Shown here: piece by piece, positions 63,819 to 64,000 of the stretch
Numbering within the stretch: position 1 is the stretch's first letter
How the letters are laid out: each line of letters begins with the position of its first letter
Position numbers and translations under genes: made by a program
Source: Hydrolagus affinis
Lineage: Eukaryota
NCBI GenBank assembly: GCA_012026655.1
Contig: JAAILG010000471.1
Coordinates: 1-64,000 of the forward strand
DNA: 64,000 nucleotides
Direction: 5' to 3'
Notes under the pieces: model-generated
Databases searched by the model: none
Told to the model about the DNA's origin: nothing
The model's input: the letters and a program-made list of their open reading frames with translations, nothing else

Positions 63819-64000
63819 GTGGAGTTTTGTAGCTCAGTGGTTAGAGCACTCGCCTTGCAAGAGAGAGACCTGGGTTTGATTTGCGGCAGGGCGATACCTT
63901 GGGCAAGTTTCCTTACTCCACACAGCCTGATAATAATGCCTCAAGACAAAAAACAAGAAAAAATTGATAACTCACTTCACAACTGTTTGTGGGACACTGC
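63819..64000 (+). mobile_element. tRNA-headed SINE cut by the window edge
   Basis: Family head and body. Confidence 0.85.

Noticed and set aside
1-64000. Remaining ORF-track entries, CRISPR arrays, operons, rRNA, miR-1/miR-133
   Set aside because: Short ORFs are mostly SINE/LINE read-throughs or chance; no regularly spaced repeat-spacer array, rRNA or those mature miRNA sequences were seen.

Overview
Eukaryotic (vertebrate) genomic DNA, AT-rich and dense in retroposons. The repeats (Deu-domain SINEs resembling shark SacSINE1, a young tRNA-headed SINE with (TTA)n tails, L2 3' ends with (TTG)n tails, CR1 3' ends, Penelope-like termini) point to a cartilaginous fish, probably a chimaera (inference). 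One protein-coding gene is supported: RBBP8NL (CtIP/RBBP8 N-terminal-like paralogue), minus strand. I reconstructed it by hand as 13 GT-AG coding exons from 16962 (ATG) to 3287 (TAA); all junctions are phase-consistent, giving 1455 nt / 484 aa with the CtIP-type N-terminal helix, CDRC, QRISNHLHGT, PLDLS and a basic C-terminus. The ~47 kb upstream (17-64 kb) has no recognisable coding exon; it holds repeats and several TF-motif clusters, plausibly regulatory DNA toward GATA5 by vertebrate synteny (inference). Most notable: an intronic palindrome carrying an antisense copy of the PLDLS exon's 5' end, a local duplicate of the coding-exon-2 acceptor region that has lost its AG, a TSD-flanked Penelope-like insertion with head-to-head hammerhead-ribozyme cores, a CpG-retaining patch, and modular SINE chimerism. 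No novel multi-gene system is supported. Repeat boundaries are approximate and family names come from recalled consensus features, not a search.
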